Positions 1 through 9,777 of a DNA stretch of 64,000 bases are shown piece by piece; positions within the stretch are counted from its first letter, which is position 1, and each line of letters begins with the position of its first letter. Under the pieces are notes generated by a model that saw only the letters and a program-made list of their open reading frames with translations, did not search any database and was not told the origin of the DNA. This DNA is from an uncultured Verrucomicrobiae bacterium. GTDB lineage: Bacteria > Verrucomicrobiota > Verrucomicrobiia > Chthoniobacterales > JAFAMB01. A program made the translations under genes and the position numbers. Where the stretch lies: positions 1 through 64,000 of the forward strand of contig CAVXLD010000008.1 of the NCBI GenBank assembly GCA_963762565.1, written 5' to 3'.

Positions 1-1277
1 CCGTACATTTCGCCGGCGGAAGTGAGCGGCATGACTAACCCGGTCCTTAGGCCAAGATTGATGAAATATTCTTTTAGGCCGGGCGGCGTTGGCGTTTGCG
101 GATCGAGTAGGCGAGTAACTGTGGTCGGCTTGTCTCGATAAAACGTGAGATGCTGTTCTTCGGGTGAGACCGATCGCCACTCGGCCGGAAATCCCGCTTC
201 GACTGGAGACAACACCTTGCCTTCTTTGAGAACGAGTTCGACCGTCAGACTGTTCTGCTCGAAATCGAGCAATCTCAAAGTAGAAAGGCTTGCGCCAAAG
301 TATCGGCTGATCGAGGCCATCACTTGCCCTAGAAAGGCGTCCAAATCTGGAACTCCAGCGAGCGTATCCAAGCTTTCCCGGAGTACCTCGTTCGCCTTGG
401 CCAGCTGTGTGGCTCGTTGCTGTTCGCTGATCCGCAACGCCGCCTGAGCCTGTTGGCGTTCCCTGATCTCGCCTAACAATCTTTCATTCGTTTGTCTGAG
501 CTGGGCATTCAGACTCTTTAACTCCGCAAAGGCCTTTTCCAGTGCTGCTGTTGACTGGTGTTGCTCGGTTACATCGATCACGGTTCCAACATACTCAACC
601 AGGTCGCCGGATTCGTTTAACACGGGGCGACCGATCGTATGAACGTATTTGATTGATTCGTCAGGAAGAACCACCCGAAAATCGAATTCCCAGATCTTCT
701 TCTCCCGAATCACTTGATTGAGTCTTTCTTCGAACAAGCCCACGTCCTCGGGGTGCAACCTCTGGAGGGCCATTTGATAGGGCACTGGTTTTTCCTGCGG
801 ATCGAATCCAAAGACGCGAAAGTGCCCGGCTGACCAATAGGCATTGTCCCGATTGGCAACGGTCCAAGTCCAGCTGCCAGTGCGGCTCAGCTTTTCGCCT
901 TCCGTCAACCGGGCTTCGCTGCGGCGCAGCTCCTGGAAAGACTGGCGGACTTTGGATAGCAGGCCGGTGACAACGATGGCTGTCGTCAAATAGGCAAACG
1001 CTGCCGCCACGTCGAGTGGGCCAGCGAGCGCAATCCGGAAGACCGGTTCAACAAAAAAATAGTCCAGGCAACCAACTGCAGCCAGCGAAGCAAAGAGAGC
1101 CGGAATCAGGCGACCGAAGAGCGAGATCTGGACGATGATGACCATGTACAGCAGCGCCGGAACTGAAGGAATCGCGTGCAGTTGAAAGCAAATGACAGTC
1201 AGCAGAGCCAAAGCGGCAGCAGCAATCAAGCAGAGGGCCAACGATCGTCTAAACCCTTTCGCTAACTTGAACCTCAT
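1..1277 (-). CDS. Membrane sensor protein (DUF4118-like TM region, PAS/PAC, coiled coil, GAF), probably a histidine kinase; runs off the left edge
   Basis: Manual translation from ATG at 1277 is open to position 1: MRFKLAKGFRRSLALCLIAAAA...CLDYFFVEP...GEKLSRTGSWTW...LHPED...FRVVLPDESIKYVHTIGRPVLNESGDLVEYVGTVIDVTE, then GAF-like LGQVMASISRYFGA...GLVMPLTSAG. Confidence 0.8.
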   Translation of the reverse strand, partial: MRFKLAKGFRRSLALCLIAAAALALLTVICFQLHAIPSVPALLYMVIIVQISLFGRLIPALFASLAAVGCLDYFFVEPVFRIALAGPLDVAAAFAYLTTAIVVTGLLSKVRQSFQELRRSEARLTEGEKLSRTGSWTWTVANRDNAYWSAGHFRVFGFDPQEKPVPYQMALQRLHPEDVGLFEERLNQVIREKKIWEFDFRVVLPDESIKYVHTIGRPVLNESGDLVEYVGTVIDVTEQHQSTAALEKAFAELKSLNAQLRQTNERLLGEIRERQQAQAALRISEQQRATQLAKANEVLRESLDTLAGVPDLDAFLGQVMASISRYFGASLSTLRLLDFEQNSLTVELVLKEGKVLSPVEAGFPAEWRSVSPEEQHLTFYRDKPTTVTRLLDPQTPTPPGLKEYFINLGLRTGLVMPLTSAGEMY

Positions 1278-1374
1278 GAACTAAACCTTCGAGCCCTTTC
1301 ACGTTTTGTCCACGCTCACGACGCGTGCCTGGCGCGTCAGGGGCTGAGGAGCTCCGCGTTCGCCTCTGCGAACA

Positions 1375-1432
1375 AATAGGACCTATACGACCTATAGGTC
1401 ATATAGGTCATATAGGTCCTATCAGTCCTATT
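1375..1432. repeat. Degenerate ~9-bp tandem/palindromic repeat (ATAGGACCT/ATAGGTCAT)
   Basis: ataggacctatacgacctataggtcatataggtcatataggtcctatcagtcctatt. Confidence 0.7.
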
Positions 1433-1492
1433 CGTCACCGACCCCTGGTTTGCCCCAACGCCGAGGGAGTTCCTCAGGACACGTCACCCATA

Positions 1493-1558
1493 TTAAACAG
1501 CCGCTTCATTTACTCATTTAAAACAAGTGTTTGACAATTTAAAACATCTGTTTAAAAG
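1493..1558 (+). promoter_or_regulatory. Sigma70 promoter overlapped by tandem TetR-type operators (AAACA-N2-TGTTT)
   Basis: TTGACA at 1531-1536; palindromes aaacaagtgttt (1521-1532) and aaacatctgttt (1542-1553); degenerate third site near 1495. Confidence 0.7.
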
Positions 1559-1592
1559 TAGCGGCGTGGTCACCAAAGAACGCAACCAGGTA

Positions 1593-2225
1593 ATGGCTGA
1601 AACCAGCGAGGAAAGCACCCGCGAAAAGATTTTAAATGCCGCCGGCGAGGTCTTTGCCGAAGAAGGCTTTGAGGGTGCGACCATTCGGGCCATTACCGAG
1701 CGAGCCGGCGTCAACGTGGCAGCCGTGAATTATCATTTCCGGGATAAGGCCGAGCTCTATACCAAAGTGGTCTTGGAAGCCTGCTCTGTGCAAGCAGCTC
1801 TGAAGGATGCGATGGCTGAAGGCGCGGATTCTCCTGAGGGCCGCCTCCGCAGCATCGTCCACCATTTTGTTCGCTATCTGCTGGATCCGTCTAGACCGGC
1901 TTGGATGCGGCGCTTGAAAGCGCGCGAGATGGCAGATCCGACCGCGGCTTTGGATGAGCTCGTTGAGAAGAACCTTCGCCCGTTGCGGGACAACTTTCTG
2001 CGCCCCACACTGCGGGAGCTCACCAGCGGCTGCTTCACGCAGCGAGAGCTCAGTCTCATCGCTTCCAGCGTAATGAGCCAATGCCTCTATTTTCTACAGT
2101 ACCAGCCAATCATCGAGAGGCTTAATCCCGACTTCAAAACCAACGTCGCGGAGATCGCCGATCACGTGACCAAGTTTTCTCTGGCCGCCATTCGCGAGAT
2201 GACTCGTCAGGCGCGCCGCTCTTAA
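1593..2225 (+). CDS. TetR/AcrR family regulator (CecR/DUF1956-like C-terminus)
   Basis: HTH TREKILNAAGEVFAEEGFEGATIRAITERAGVNVAAVNYHFRDK; ATG 1593 chosen over the longer GTG start because it lies downstream of the promoter. Confidence 0.9.
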   Translation: MAETSEESTREKILNAAGEVFAEEGFEGATIRAITERAGVNVAAVNYHFRDKAELYTKVVLEACSVQAALKDAMAEGADSPEGRLRSIVHHFVRYLLDPSRPAWMRRLKAREMADPTAALDELVEKNLRPLRDNFLRPTLRELTSGCFTQRELSLIASSVMSQCLYFLQYQPIIERLNPDFKTNVAEIADHVTKFSLAAIREMTRQARRS

Positions 2226-2245
2226 CCCTTAACCTTCTTTTTCCT

Positions 2246-3430
2246 ATGAGCGCTTCTTCCGCTACTGTCTCTGCTCCTACCCTAAAAGCATCGGTTCAGG
2301 AACTTACTACCCCGCCCGGCGGCGCCGGGTCAGAGAAGGACGCGGCTAAGCCGAAACGGCCTAAGCGTCGTCTCGTGTTTCTAGCCATCTTGGGGGCAGC
2401 TCTGCTAGCCGGCGGTGTGGCTTGGTTCATTCTGAATGCCGGTTACGAAACCACGGATGACGCAACGATCGAGGCGCATCTGATCCAGGTTAGCCCGAAG
2501 ATTTCCGCTCACGTCAAGGCCGTCCGCTTCGATGATAACTATCAGGTGAAAAGAGGGGACCTTCTAATTGAACTGGATCCGCGCGATTTTGACGCCAGTC
2601 TGGCTAGTGCCCAGGCCAGTCTGGCTTCCGCTCAGAGCAAGCTGGTCGAAGCCGAAGCCCAGCAGAAGATGGCCCAGGCTGGATTAGGTCAGACAAAAGC
2701 GGATCTTGCCAGTTCGCAGGCCACCGCGGACAACGCCCAGGCCGATCTCAAGCGAAACGACGCGCTTTATCAGACTCATGTGATTGATCGGCGGGAGTAC
2801 GATGCCTCCGTCGCCCAAGCGAAAAGCGATGTCGCCAACGTGGATTCATTCGGAAAGAAGGTGGCTTCACAGGAGGCCCAAGTTCGCTTGGCCGCTGCCC
2901 AATACGCGACCGCTTCGGCCGGTGAGCAACAAGCGGAAGCGCAATTGCGTGAGGCTCAGCTGCAAGTCTCGTACACGAAAATTTATGCTCCGTTCGATGG
3001 CCGGGTGACAAAGAAGAGCGTCGAGCCTGGCGACTACGTGCAGCCTGGTCAGACGCTATTCTCCCTGGTGCCGCCTGAGGTGTGGGTGGTGGCTAACTTT
3101 AAGGAGACCCAGCTGAAGAACATGCGGGTTGGCCAACCGGTATCGGTGCAAGTTGATGCAGTGCCGGGTTATGATTTCAAGGCTCACGTTGACAGTTTTC
3201 AAGTCGGAACCGGCAGCCGATTCACCTTGTTGCCGCCGGAGAACGCTACAGGCAACTTTGTTAAGGTCGTCCAACGCGTGCCCGTGAAGATAGTCTTCGA
3301 CGAGCCCGCCAGCAGTCTGGAGCGTCTCTGGGCCGGCGAGTCCGTTGAACCGAAAGTCACCGTTGGAAAGGCTATTGCCAGCCGCGTTCACCTGGCCGCC
3401 CCGTTAGCGCCAGCCGTCCTAGGAGAATAG
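2246..3430 (+). CDS. emrA: HlyD/EmrA-type membrane fusion protein
   Basis: N-terminal TM, ETTDDA, YTKIYAPFDG, ANFKETQL, FTLLPPENATGNFVKVVQRVPV. Confidence 0.92.
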   Translation: MSASSATVSAPTLKASVQELTTPPGGAGSEKDAAKPKRPKRRLVFLAILGAALLAGGVAWFILNAGYETTDDATIEAHLIQVSPKISAHVKAVRFDDNYQVKRGDLLIELDPRDFDASLASAQASLASAQSKLVEAEAQQKMAQAGLGQTKADLASSQATADNAQADLKRNDALYQTHVIDRREYDASVAQAKSDVANVDSFGKKVASQEAQVRLAAAQYATASAGEQQAEAQLREAQLQVSYTKIYAPFDGRVTKKSVEPGDYVQPGQTLFSLVPPEVWVVANFKETQLKNMRVGQPVSVQVDAVPGYDFKAHVDSFQVGTGSRFTLLPPENATGNFVKVVQRVPVKIVFDEPASSLERLWAGESVEPKVTVGKAIASRVHLAAPLAPAVLGE

Positions 3431-3553
3431 AGGGCACTCGAACCCGCAACAAATAGACCGACGCTGGCCATACCGCCGCGTGCCTCACCCGAACTACGCC
3501 CAGCACCCGCCAACTTCCAACCTAAAACCTAAAACCTAGAACCTAAGAAAGTC

Positions 3554-5143
3554 ATGAGTCACGCAATCACACCCAGTGGGCGAGCAGTGAATCCATGGTG
3601 GATCGGATTAACGCTGACCTTGGCAACGTTCATGGAACTGCTGGACACCAGCATCGCGAATGTGTCGCTCCCGCATATTGCGGGCGGGTTGGGGACCAGC
3701 CTCGATGAAGCAACCTGGGTCTTAACTAGTTATCTCGTGGCGAACGCGGTCGTGCTTCCGCTTAGCGCCTGGCTGAGCCGCGTGTTCGGCCGCAAGAACT
3801 ATTACATGACTTGCGTTGCCCTTTTCACCTGCGCCTCTTTTCTGTGCGGCGTGGCTCCAAACCTTGAACTTCTGATTTTCTTCCGCGTATTGCAAGGGAT
3901 CGCCGGCGGCGGGTTAGCTCCCTCAGAGCAGTCGATGCTGGTGGATACATTTCCGCCGGCTAAACGCGCGGCGGCATTCGGGCTCTACAGTATGGCGATC
4001 GTGTGCGCGCCGGCTTTGGGCCCGACGCTGGGCGGATGGATCACTGACAATTCGTCCTGGCGCTGGATTTTCTTCATCAATATCCCGGTTGGTCTTTTGT
4101 CCCTGTTCTTGACCAGTCAGTTAGTAACGGATCCTCCGGCCTTTACCGAAGAACGTCGCCGGCTCAAAGCGTCCGGCAAATCCAAGGTCGATTACGTTGG
4201 GATCCTGTTATTTGCCGTTGGGTTCGGCTGTCTGGAAGTCGTTTTGGATAAAGGACAGGAAGATGATTGGTTCGGCAGTTCCTTCATCACGAGCTTTACC
4301 CTGATCGCGCTGATCGCTTTGGCTATCGCGATCGTCTGGGAACTACACCATCCGGATCCGGTCGTCGACCTGACACTCCTCAAGAACCGGAACTTCGCCA
4401 TTGCTTGTACGCTGTTTTTTCTTTTCGGTTTTATTCTGTTCTGCACCACCGTTCTGCTGCCTCAGCTCCTGCAAACCTTGAACAACTATGATGCCACCAC
4501 TGCGGGGATGGTGCTGACCCCTGGTGCGATCGTGATTGTGTTTATGGCGCCGTTCATCGTTCGGCTTACCCCGATCGTTGGTGCTAAGCGACTGATCTTG
4601 ATCGGATTTGCTATCTTAATCGTCGCGGTGTGGCACATGGGCCAGCTCACTTTGAGCTCAGACTATTGGGTCTTTGCCCGAGCCCGTATGTTGCAGGGAG
4701 TTGGGCTGGGGTTCCTGATCGTTCCGATCAGTCAGGTCGCCTATTCGTATCTCCCTTTGGAGAAGAACAATAAAGCGAGCAGCTTGACTAACTTGTTCCG
4801 CAATGAAGGCGGCAGCTTTGGGATCACCTTCGCCAACGTGATGCTGGCGCAGCGGGCTCAATTTCATCAAAGCATCCTGGCTCAGCATGCTACCCCGGAC
4901 AGCTCGATCTATCGCGATTGGTTACACCAAGTGACTGCGTCATTCGTGCACGCCGGCTATTCAGCGGTTGAAGCCCTGAACCGGGCTCAGGGCGAGCTAT
5001 ACGCCATCTTGAATCAGCAAGCATCCCTCTTATCGTATTTCGATGCTTTTGTGGGCCTGCTCCTGCCCGGTCTGGCTGGGGTCGGGGTAGCTCTGCTCAT
5101 CAAGAATTTCGCAGCCCCCGGTAAACCGGCCGAGTCGCATTAA
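3554..5143 (+). CDS. emrB: DHA2 (EmrB/QacA) MFS multidrug efflux permease
   Basis: TFMELLDTSIANVSLPHIAG, WVLTSYL, WRWIFFINIPVG; many TM segments; follows emrA. Confidence 0.92.
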   Translation: MSHAITPSGRAVNPWWIGLTLTLATFMELLDTSIANVSLPHIAGGLGTSLDEATWVLTSYLVANAVVLPLSAWLSRVFGRKNYYMTCVALFTCASFLCGVAPNLELLIFFRVLQGIAGGGLAPSEQSMLVDTFPPAKRAAAFGLYSMAIVCAPALGPTLGGWITDNSSWRWIFFINIPVGLLSLFLTSQLVTDPPAFTEERRRLKASGKSKVDYVGILLFAVGFGCLEVVLDKGQEDDWFGSSFITSFTLIALIALAIAIVWELHHPDPVVDLTLLKNRNFAIACTLFFLFGFILFCTTVLLPQLLQTLNNYDATTAGMVLTPGAIVIVFMAPFIVRLTPIVGAKRLILIGFAILIVAVWHMGQLTLSSDYWVFARARMLQGVGLGFLIVPISQVAYSYLPLEKNNKASSLTNLFRNEGGSFGITFANVMLAQRAQFHQSILAQHATPDSSIYRDWLHQVTASFVHAGYSAVEALNRAQGELYAILNQQASLLSYFDAFVGLLLPGLAGVGVALLIKNFAAPGKPAESH

Positions 5144-5145
5144 GG

Positions 5146-5343
5146 CAAGTAAGCAGTAAGCAGTAAACAATAAGCAGTGAGCAGTCAGCGGTGAGTCAGT
5201 AATCAGTAGGTGGTTACTCATTACTGGATTCCTTAAGTATGAAGCTCGTGAGGGCCTCGGTCAGAATAAACGATGTTTCACTTGGAACCATCCCGATTCG
5301 GAATTACTGATTAGCGATTACTGGTTACTGCTTACTGCTTACT
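5146..5343. repeat. Inverted pair of heptamer tandem arrays (AGCAGTA)n ... (TACTGCT)n
   Basis: agtaagcagtaagcagtaaacaataagcagt at 5148+ and ttactggttactgcttactgcttact at 5318-5343. Confidence 0.75.
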
Positions 5344-5392
5344 TTTAAACCACTTCGTTGATTATCCCTGGCTAAAGAAACAGGCCACCACT

Positions 5393-6148
5393 ATGACCAC
5401 CCCCTTCACTGACAAAGTCGCACTAATCACCGGCGGGACCGCCGGCATCGGGCGAGCCACCGCGATCGCGTTCGCTGAACGCGGCGCGAATGTTGTGGTA
5501 ACAGGCCGGCGGGAAGCCGAAGGCGCGGAATCCGTTGCGCTCATTCAAAAAGCGGGCGGCCAGGGACTGTTTGTCCGCGCCGATGTGAGTGTTGAATCAG
5601 AGATCGCCTCTTCCGTAGCTCTTACCCTTGAGCATTTTGGCAGGCTGGATTTCGCGTTCAATAATGCCGGAGTCGGCGGAGAAGGCCGCGGCACGATCAC
5701 TGCCCCAGGCGATGTTTACGATCACATCATGAACATCAATGTTCGCGGCGTTTTTTTCTCCATGAAACATCAGATCCCGGCAATCTTGCGCTCGGGTGGC
5801 GGCGCGATCGTGAATAACGCTTCCGTACTCGGACTCCGTCCGCGAGCTGGTTCTCCGATCTACAGCGCCAGTAAGGCAGCCGTTATCGCTCTTAGTAAAT
5901 CTGTGGCCCTTGAATTTGCTCCGAAAGGAATACGGGTGAATGCAGTGTGCGCCGCCATCATTGAAACGGACTTGACTGAGAAAATTCGGAGCGATGACGA
6001 AACGCGCCGTAACCTGCTGGCGAGTCATCCAGTGGGTCGTTTTGGCAAATCGGAAGAAGTCGCTGCCGCTGTTGTTTACTTATGCTCGCCGGAAGCCGCC
6101 TTCGTTACCGGGGCTGCTCTACCCATAGACGGTGGTTTTGCGCTGTAG
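5393..6148 (+). CDS. Classical SDR oxidoreductase
   Basis: TGGTAGIG, NNAG, YSASK catalytic motif. Confidence 0.92.
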   Translation: MTTPFTDKVALITGGTAGIGRATAIAFAERGANVVVTGRREAEGAESVALIQKAGGQGLFVRADVSVESEIASSVALTLEHFGRLDFAFNNAGVGGEGRGTITAPGDVYDHIMNINVRGVFFSMKHQIPAILRSGGGAIVNNASVLGLRPRAGSPIYSASKAAVIALSKSVALEFAPKGIRVNAVCAAIIETDLTEKIRSDDETRRNLLASHPVGRFGKSEEVAAAVVYLCSPEAAFVTGAALPIDGGFAL

Positions 6149-6159
6149 AGGAAATCTCA

Positions 6160-6513
6160 ATGCCACAAGTTATTTTGAAGCAATTCGATACACCTGACGA
6201 AACGATCTGCTTTGAAAAAGGTCGATTCGAGAAAATCACCCTGGGGGGTATGACGATTGGCCGCGCATTATACGAACCGGGCTGGAAATGGTCCACCCAC
6301 GTCGGATCGAAAACTGGCGCCAAGCTGTGCCAAGTCGAACACGTTGGCCTAGTGGTCAGCGGATGCGCTACTGCAGCGATGGAAGACGGAACGGTAATCG
6401 AAATGAGACCCGGCGATTTATTTTACATACCACCGGGGCACGACAGCTGGGTCGTCGGGGACGAACCATACGTTTCCCTCCATTTCCTCGGTGCCGAAAA
6501 ATACGCGCATTGA
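6160..6513 (+). CDS. Cupin domain protein
   Basis: EPGWKWSTHV, CQVEHVG, IPPGHDSWVVGDEP; GAGG RBS upstream of ATG 6160. Confidence 0.85.
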   Translation: MPQVILKQFDTPDETICFEKGRFEKITLGGMTIGRALYEPGWKWSTHVGSKTGAKLCQVEHVGLVVSGCATAAMEDGTVIEMRPGDLFYIPPGHDSWVVGDEPYVSLHFLGAEKYAH

Positions 6514-6547
6514 GTGAAAGTCCTCGGGCGTGGACGCTAAGCTCCCA

Positions 6548-6821
6548 AGTGCACCAAGTCTGAGGCTCGTATAGCAGCGTTGGGAGCGTCGCCGGATGAC
6601 TCGCAAGGCGCTGGCGAGGCGAATAGCTGAGCCCTATTTAACGAGCCAGCAACGCCGCGAGGCGCCGGCGTCGCCCCAACCCGAAGGGCTGCGCGGATTT
6701 TGGCCGGGTGCTTTGTTGCTCGTCAGTCAAAGACCACAAGCGGGTATTCTCCTTCCTCGCGCCGCGCACCCAGCCAAAATTCGCAGCAGCGCTGCTGTAC
6801 GAGCCTCAGACTTGGTGCACT
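6548..6821. mobile_element. MITE-like element, ~274 bp with 32-bp terminal inverted repeats
   Basis: agtgcaccaagtctgaggctcgtatagcagcg (6548-6579) vs cgctgctgtacgagcctcagacttggtgcact (6790-6821), one mismatch; no transposase. Confidence 0.75.
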
Positions 6822-7009
6822 AGTGCTCGGATTAACTTGAAAACGATATAGGTCAAAACGACGGCCGGGATTAACCAATGGAGCGATCTTTCAGCACGAT
6901 CCACAAGTTTAGTCCATCGCATCTCGCGGGTAGGGCTTAGGTCGTCTCGGTTCAGGATCTCTATCTGCTTCGAGATCTCCCCAAAATTCGCTTCTCTATC
7001 TCCGAACAT
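6806..7009 (-). CDS. Small membrane protein (67 aa)
   Basis: GGAG RBS then MFGDREANF...; C-terminal TM WLIPAVVLTYIVFKLI; stop codon lies in the MITE arm. Confidence 0.5.
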   Translation of the reverse strand: MFGDREANFGEISKQIEILNRDDLSPTREMRWTKLVDRAERSLHWLIPAVVLTYIVFKLIRALVHQV

Positions 7010-7064
7010 CCTGTTTCTCCTTGAAAAATAGGAGCAAAATGACCGATTCCGTGCTTTTGGGGAA

Positions 7065-8360
7065 TTACCCGGTAACTTGCTGGACCATAACGTGCTTTCT
7101 GGTCGCACAGGCGGAGATCAACATCTCCTCGGCGGTCTCTAGCAGCGATTCGACTGGCGCAAAGGTCGTTTGTGCGAGCCGCAGCGATCCATTGGTTGTA
7201 GTGATGCCAATCGTGTGTCCGTCCACAAACCTTGGCGCCACCAATGGGCCCCACACTGCCTTTAGTTGGAGTTTACCAAAATCCGTCGGGTATCCTAAAT
7301 CTCCCAGGTTTGTTAGCACGATGTCGTTAGCGAGTCGCTGTGCTGCGATGTCCGCTACCGTTGAGACATCCACGCCTTGTTTAATAACTTGAAACATGCC
7401 GTGTCGAGCGGCTCTGATAGCGGCCAGTGTCTGCGCGCTTCGTAAGGGCGTCGTTGCCGCGCGCGCAATCTCCCAGAAAGTAGTTGCTTCACCCGGTCCG
7501 ATCGACACCGTGCCCGAGCCGACCAGGAGCGCGCAATCCTCGCCCAAGCCCGATGACTTTCTGGCATCAATCGGAGATAACATCCGAATTGGCGAGTCCC
7601 TTAGTTCCTCGACGACTTCCCAACAGGCCAGAGCGAAAGCCGACGAGAGTGCGCCGTGCACAGTAGTCCCTTCCTCACGCGCGCGTTCGCGCAACCGGCT
7701 AGTCATATCGGTAGTGAGTGACAAAGTTCTTATCCCAGGAAGTGTCTGCTCCTTAACCAAGACGCGCCGCCTTTCTATTGGCGACGAAGCTGGTTCGTTT
7801 TTGGCGCCAACGTACCCGCTATCGTTGGAAGTTATACCTAGAGTATCTTCGAACGATGGAATCAATGGCAAGCGTTTGACCGGCTTACCAGATAGGGCTT
7901 GCAAAAGATCACGGAACACGAAAGCGACGGAACGTCCATCCGCAACAGCATGATGAATTACAACCAGGCAGACTGCGCGCTGTTCCTCGTGAAGCAAAAC
8001 GGCGCGTAGCAAGGGCGCTTTTGTCGGATCAAACGGAATCGACAACTCTAGCTCGGCTTGGAATTCCCAACGCTGGGTCACGTTAGTTCCCTGAACTACC
8101 CGCAGGGGGATCGGGGCAGCGAGGTCTTGGCTAAAGCAAGGCCTGTTTTCCCCATTTCTTTCGATGCGCGCAGATAGTAAAGGGTGACGTTGTTGTACTA
8201 AGTCTAGCGCTCGACGCCAATCACTCACCGTGGTAGCTCCATCAACTGCAGCCGCCATTGCGAAGTGAAAGGGACGGTGTCGGTCAAGAAGCCAAAAGAG
8301 TTCTTCCAGAGCTCCTAGCGGTCGGTGAAAAGGAGACGTAGTATGTTTAGATGAGTTCAT
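7065..8360 (-). CDS. Stand-alone condensation-domain / CoA-dependent acyltransferase (PapA5/alcohol acetyltransferase-like)
   Basis: RPLGALE N-terminus, RHPLL, catalytic HHAVADG (HHxxxDG), ARxxGTTVHGAL, LTNLG. Confidence 0.85.
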   Translation of the reverse strand: MNSSKHTTSPFHRPLGALEELFWLLDRHRPFHFAMAAAVDGATTVSDWRRALDLVQQRHPLLSARIERNGENRPCFSQDLAAPIPLRVVQGTNVTQRWEFQAELELSIPFDPTKAPLLRAVLLHEEQRAVCLVVIHHAVADGRSVAFVFRDLLQALSGKPVKRLPLIPSFEDTLGITSNDSGYVGAKNEPASSPIERRRVLVKEQTLPGIRTLSLTTDMTSRLRERAREEGTTVHGALSSAFALACWEVVEELRDSPIRMLSPIDARKSSGLGEDCALLVGSGTVSIGPGEATTFWEIARAATTPLRSAQTLAAIRAARHGMFQVIKQGVDVSTVADIAAQRLANDIVLTNLGDLGYPTDFGKLQLKAVWGPLVAPRFVDGHTIGITTTNGSLRLAQTTFAPVESLLETAEEMLISACATRKHVMVQQVTG

Positions 8361-8448
8361 TCTGTTAAGGTTTAAATGAGTAGGTTACGAGAGTGATAAA
8401 TGTGATGGTGGTGTTAACCGATACTGAGACAGAAAGTCCCGGTTCGGA

Positions 8449-8724
8449 TTAGAGGGCTAAGACCACGTAGACTAGATAGCCGAGCGCCGGTGCAGAGATG
8501 AACCAGTACAGAGCTTCGTCGAGGAGGTTAGCGGACGCATCAAAGGTTTCCCGCCGGCGATTACCCTTTACCGGTCGGCCAGTGATTTTCTTAAGGCTGC
8601 GGGCTTCTCGGGATGTGAGCGTCAAAGGATGACGCGCCTCGAAGAAGTCCATGATATGAGGAACTACCTCAGGCCTGGTCTCGCCTCGGGTGATTACAGT
8701 TTGCTTTTCAATCGTGATGTTCAT
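8449..8724 (-). CDS. Small hypothetical protein with C-terminal TM helix
   Basis: MNITIEKQ...LDEALYWFISAPALGYLVYVVLAL; the longer upstream ORF extension runs through a repeat. Confidence 0.5.
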   Translation of the reverse strand: MNITIEKQTVITRGETRPEVVPHIMDFFEARHPLTLTSREARSLKKITGRPVKGNRRRETFDASANLLDEALYWFISAPALGYLVYVVLAL

Positions 8725-8821
8725 GGTCAGTTCTCTGGTTGATGATGCAACTAACATCATTTCGTGAGTGACCGGCCGCGGATGGCGCCAGCTGCCGTAA
8801 TCGTTGTTTTGGCGTTGACGT

Positions 8822-8850
8822 CCGTGGAGCGCGCCTCGCTTGCGAGGCCG
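8822..8850. repeat. REP-like palindrome family A (CCGTGGAGCGCGCCTCGCTTGCGAGGCCG)
   Basis: Identical copy at 63807-63835; near copies at 26263-26291, 27638-27664 (inverted), 30831-30855 (inverted); partial near 8996-9020. Confidence 0.85.
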
Positions 8851-9244
8851 ATGGTGAGCAAAGCCCAAGGTGTTAGACGCCTATCATTTGTTGCCGCTCT
8901 CTAGTGTCCTGTCCCATAAATAACGTGGCTGAGCGGGCAGCACGATGTCCTTTGCTGACCATCGCCTCGCACTTGTCGCGCCGTAGGCTTGGCGTAGGCG
9001 GAAGCGAGGCACGCTCCACGAATGTCACTTCTGACCCACCTATGGAGCCCGTGATCCGCCGCAGTAATGAAGAGCCGCTCCGGGCGCGCGATTAGCCGTC
9101 TGAGTGTCAAGCAAGACAGCGATTACGGCAGTTGGGACAAGCAGAGGCAGGGCTTAAGATCTTGGTGTAATAAGCCGAACTGCCATCACTGGTCACATTA
9201 GGGCTGGTATGCTTTCATTTTCCAACGTCTCTGACTTCGCTTTT

Positions 9245-9703
9245 ATGAAAAAAACGCAATTGGTCTTAACCGTCATGACGCTACTCGCAGGAAATATGAA
9301 TGCCGGAACCCAGGAGCAGCAGATCATAGATACAGTGAGTACGATCTTTACCGCCGCCTCCACCGACGATGTGGCGAAGTTCGATTCCTTCATTGCCCCG
9401 GAGTTTTACATTTTCGACGGCGGTATCCGATTCAACGGAGACAGCATTATGGCATTCATTAAGGCCCAACACGCCGCGGGTAAGCGGTACGAGTGGAATG
9501 TGACTGAACCCGACGTCCACGTCAGCGGCGATACCGCCTGGATCGCCTACGTCAATAAAGGGAGCATCGGCGATGCTTCCGGTACCACCAAGCAAAATTG
9601 GCTTGAATCGGCCTTTCTCGAAAAGCAGGCGGGCAACTGGAAGATCGTCTTCATGCACAGCACCCGCGTTGCGCCGGCCCCTAAGGAAAGCCACGGTAAA
9701 TGA
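9245..9703 (+). CDS. Exported NTF2-like/SnoaL (DUF4440-type) protein
   Basis: Signal peptide MKKTQLVLTVMTLLAG; VHVSGDTAWIAY, WKIVFMHST. Confidence 0.8.
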   Translation: MKKTQLVLTVMTLLAGNMNAGTQEQQIIDTVSTIFTAASTDDVAKFDSFIAPEFYIFDGGIRFNGDSIMAFIKAQHAAGKRYEWNVTEPDVHVSGDTAWIAYVNKGSIGDASGTTKQNWLESAFLEKQAGNWKIVFMHSTRVAPAPKESHGK

Positions 9704-9777
9704 CAAGCTGATTCCGTTTTTGTTGCGTCGAGAGCGATAAGGATCTGGCCCCTACGGAGCCGTTTTTCAACAGCCTG

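Noticed and set aside
7396..7953. Long opposite-strand ORFs (this one, 1632-2081, 9281-9706, 26052-26498 and others)
   Set aside because: They are antisense shadows of well-supported genes in GC-rich DNA and carry no motifs
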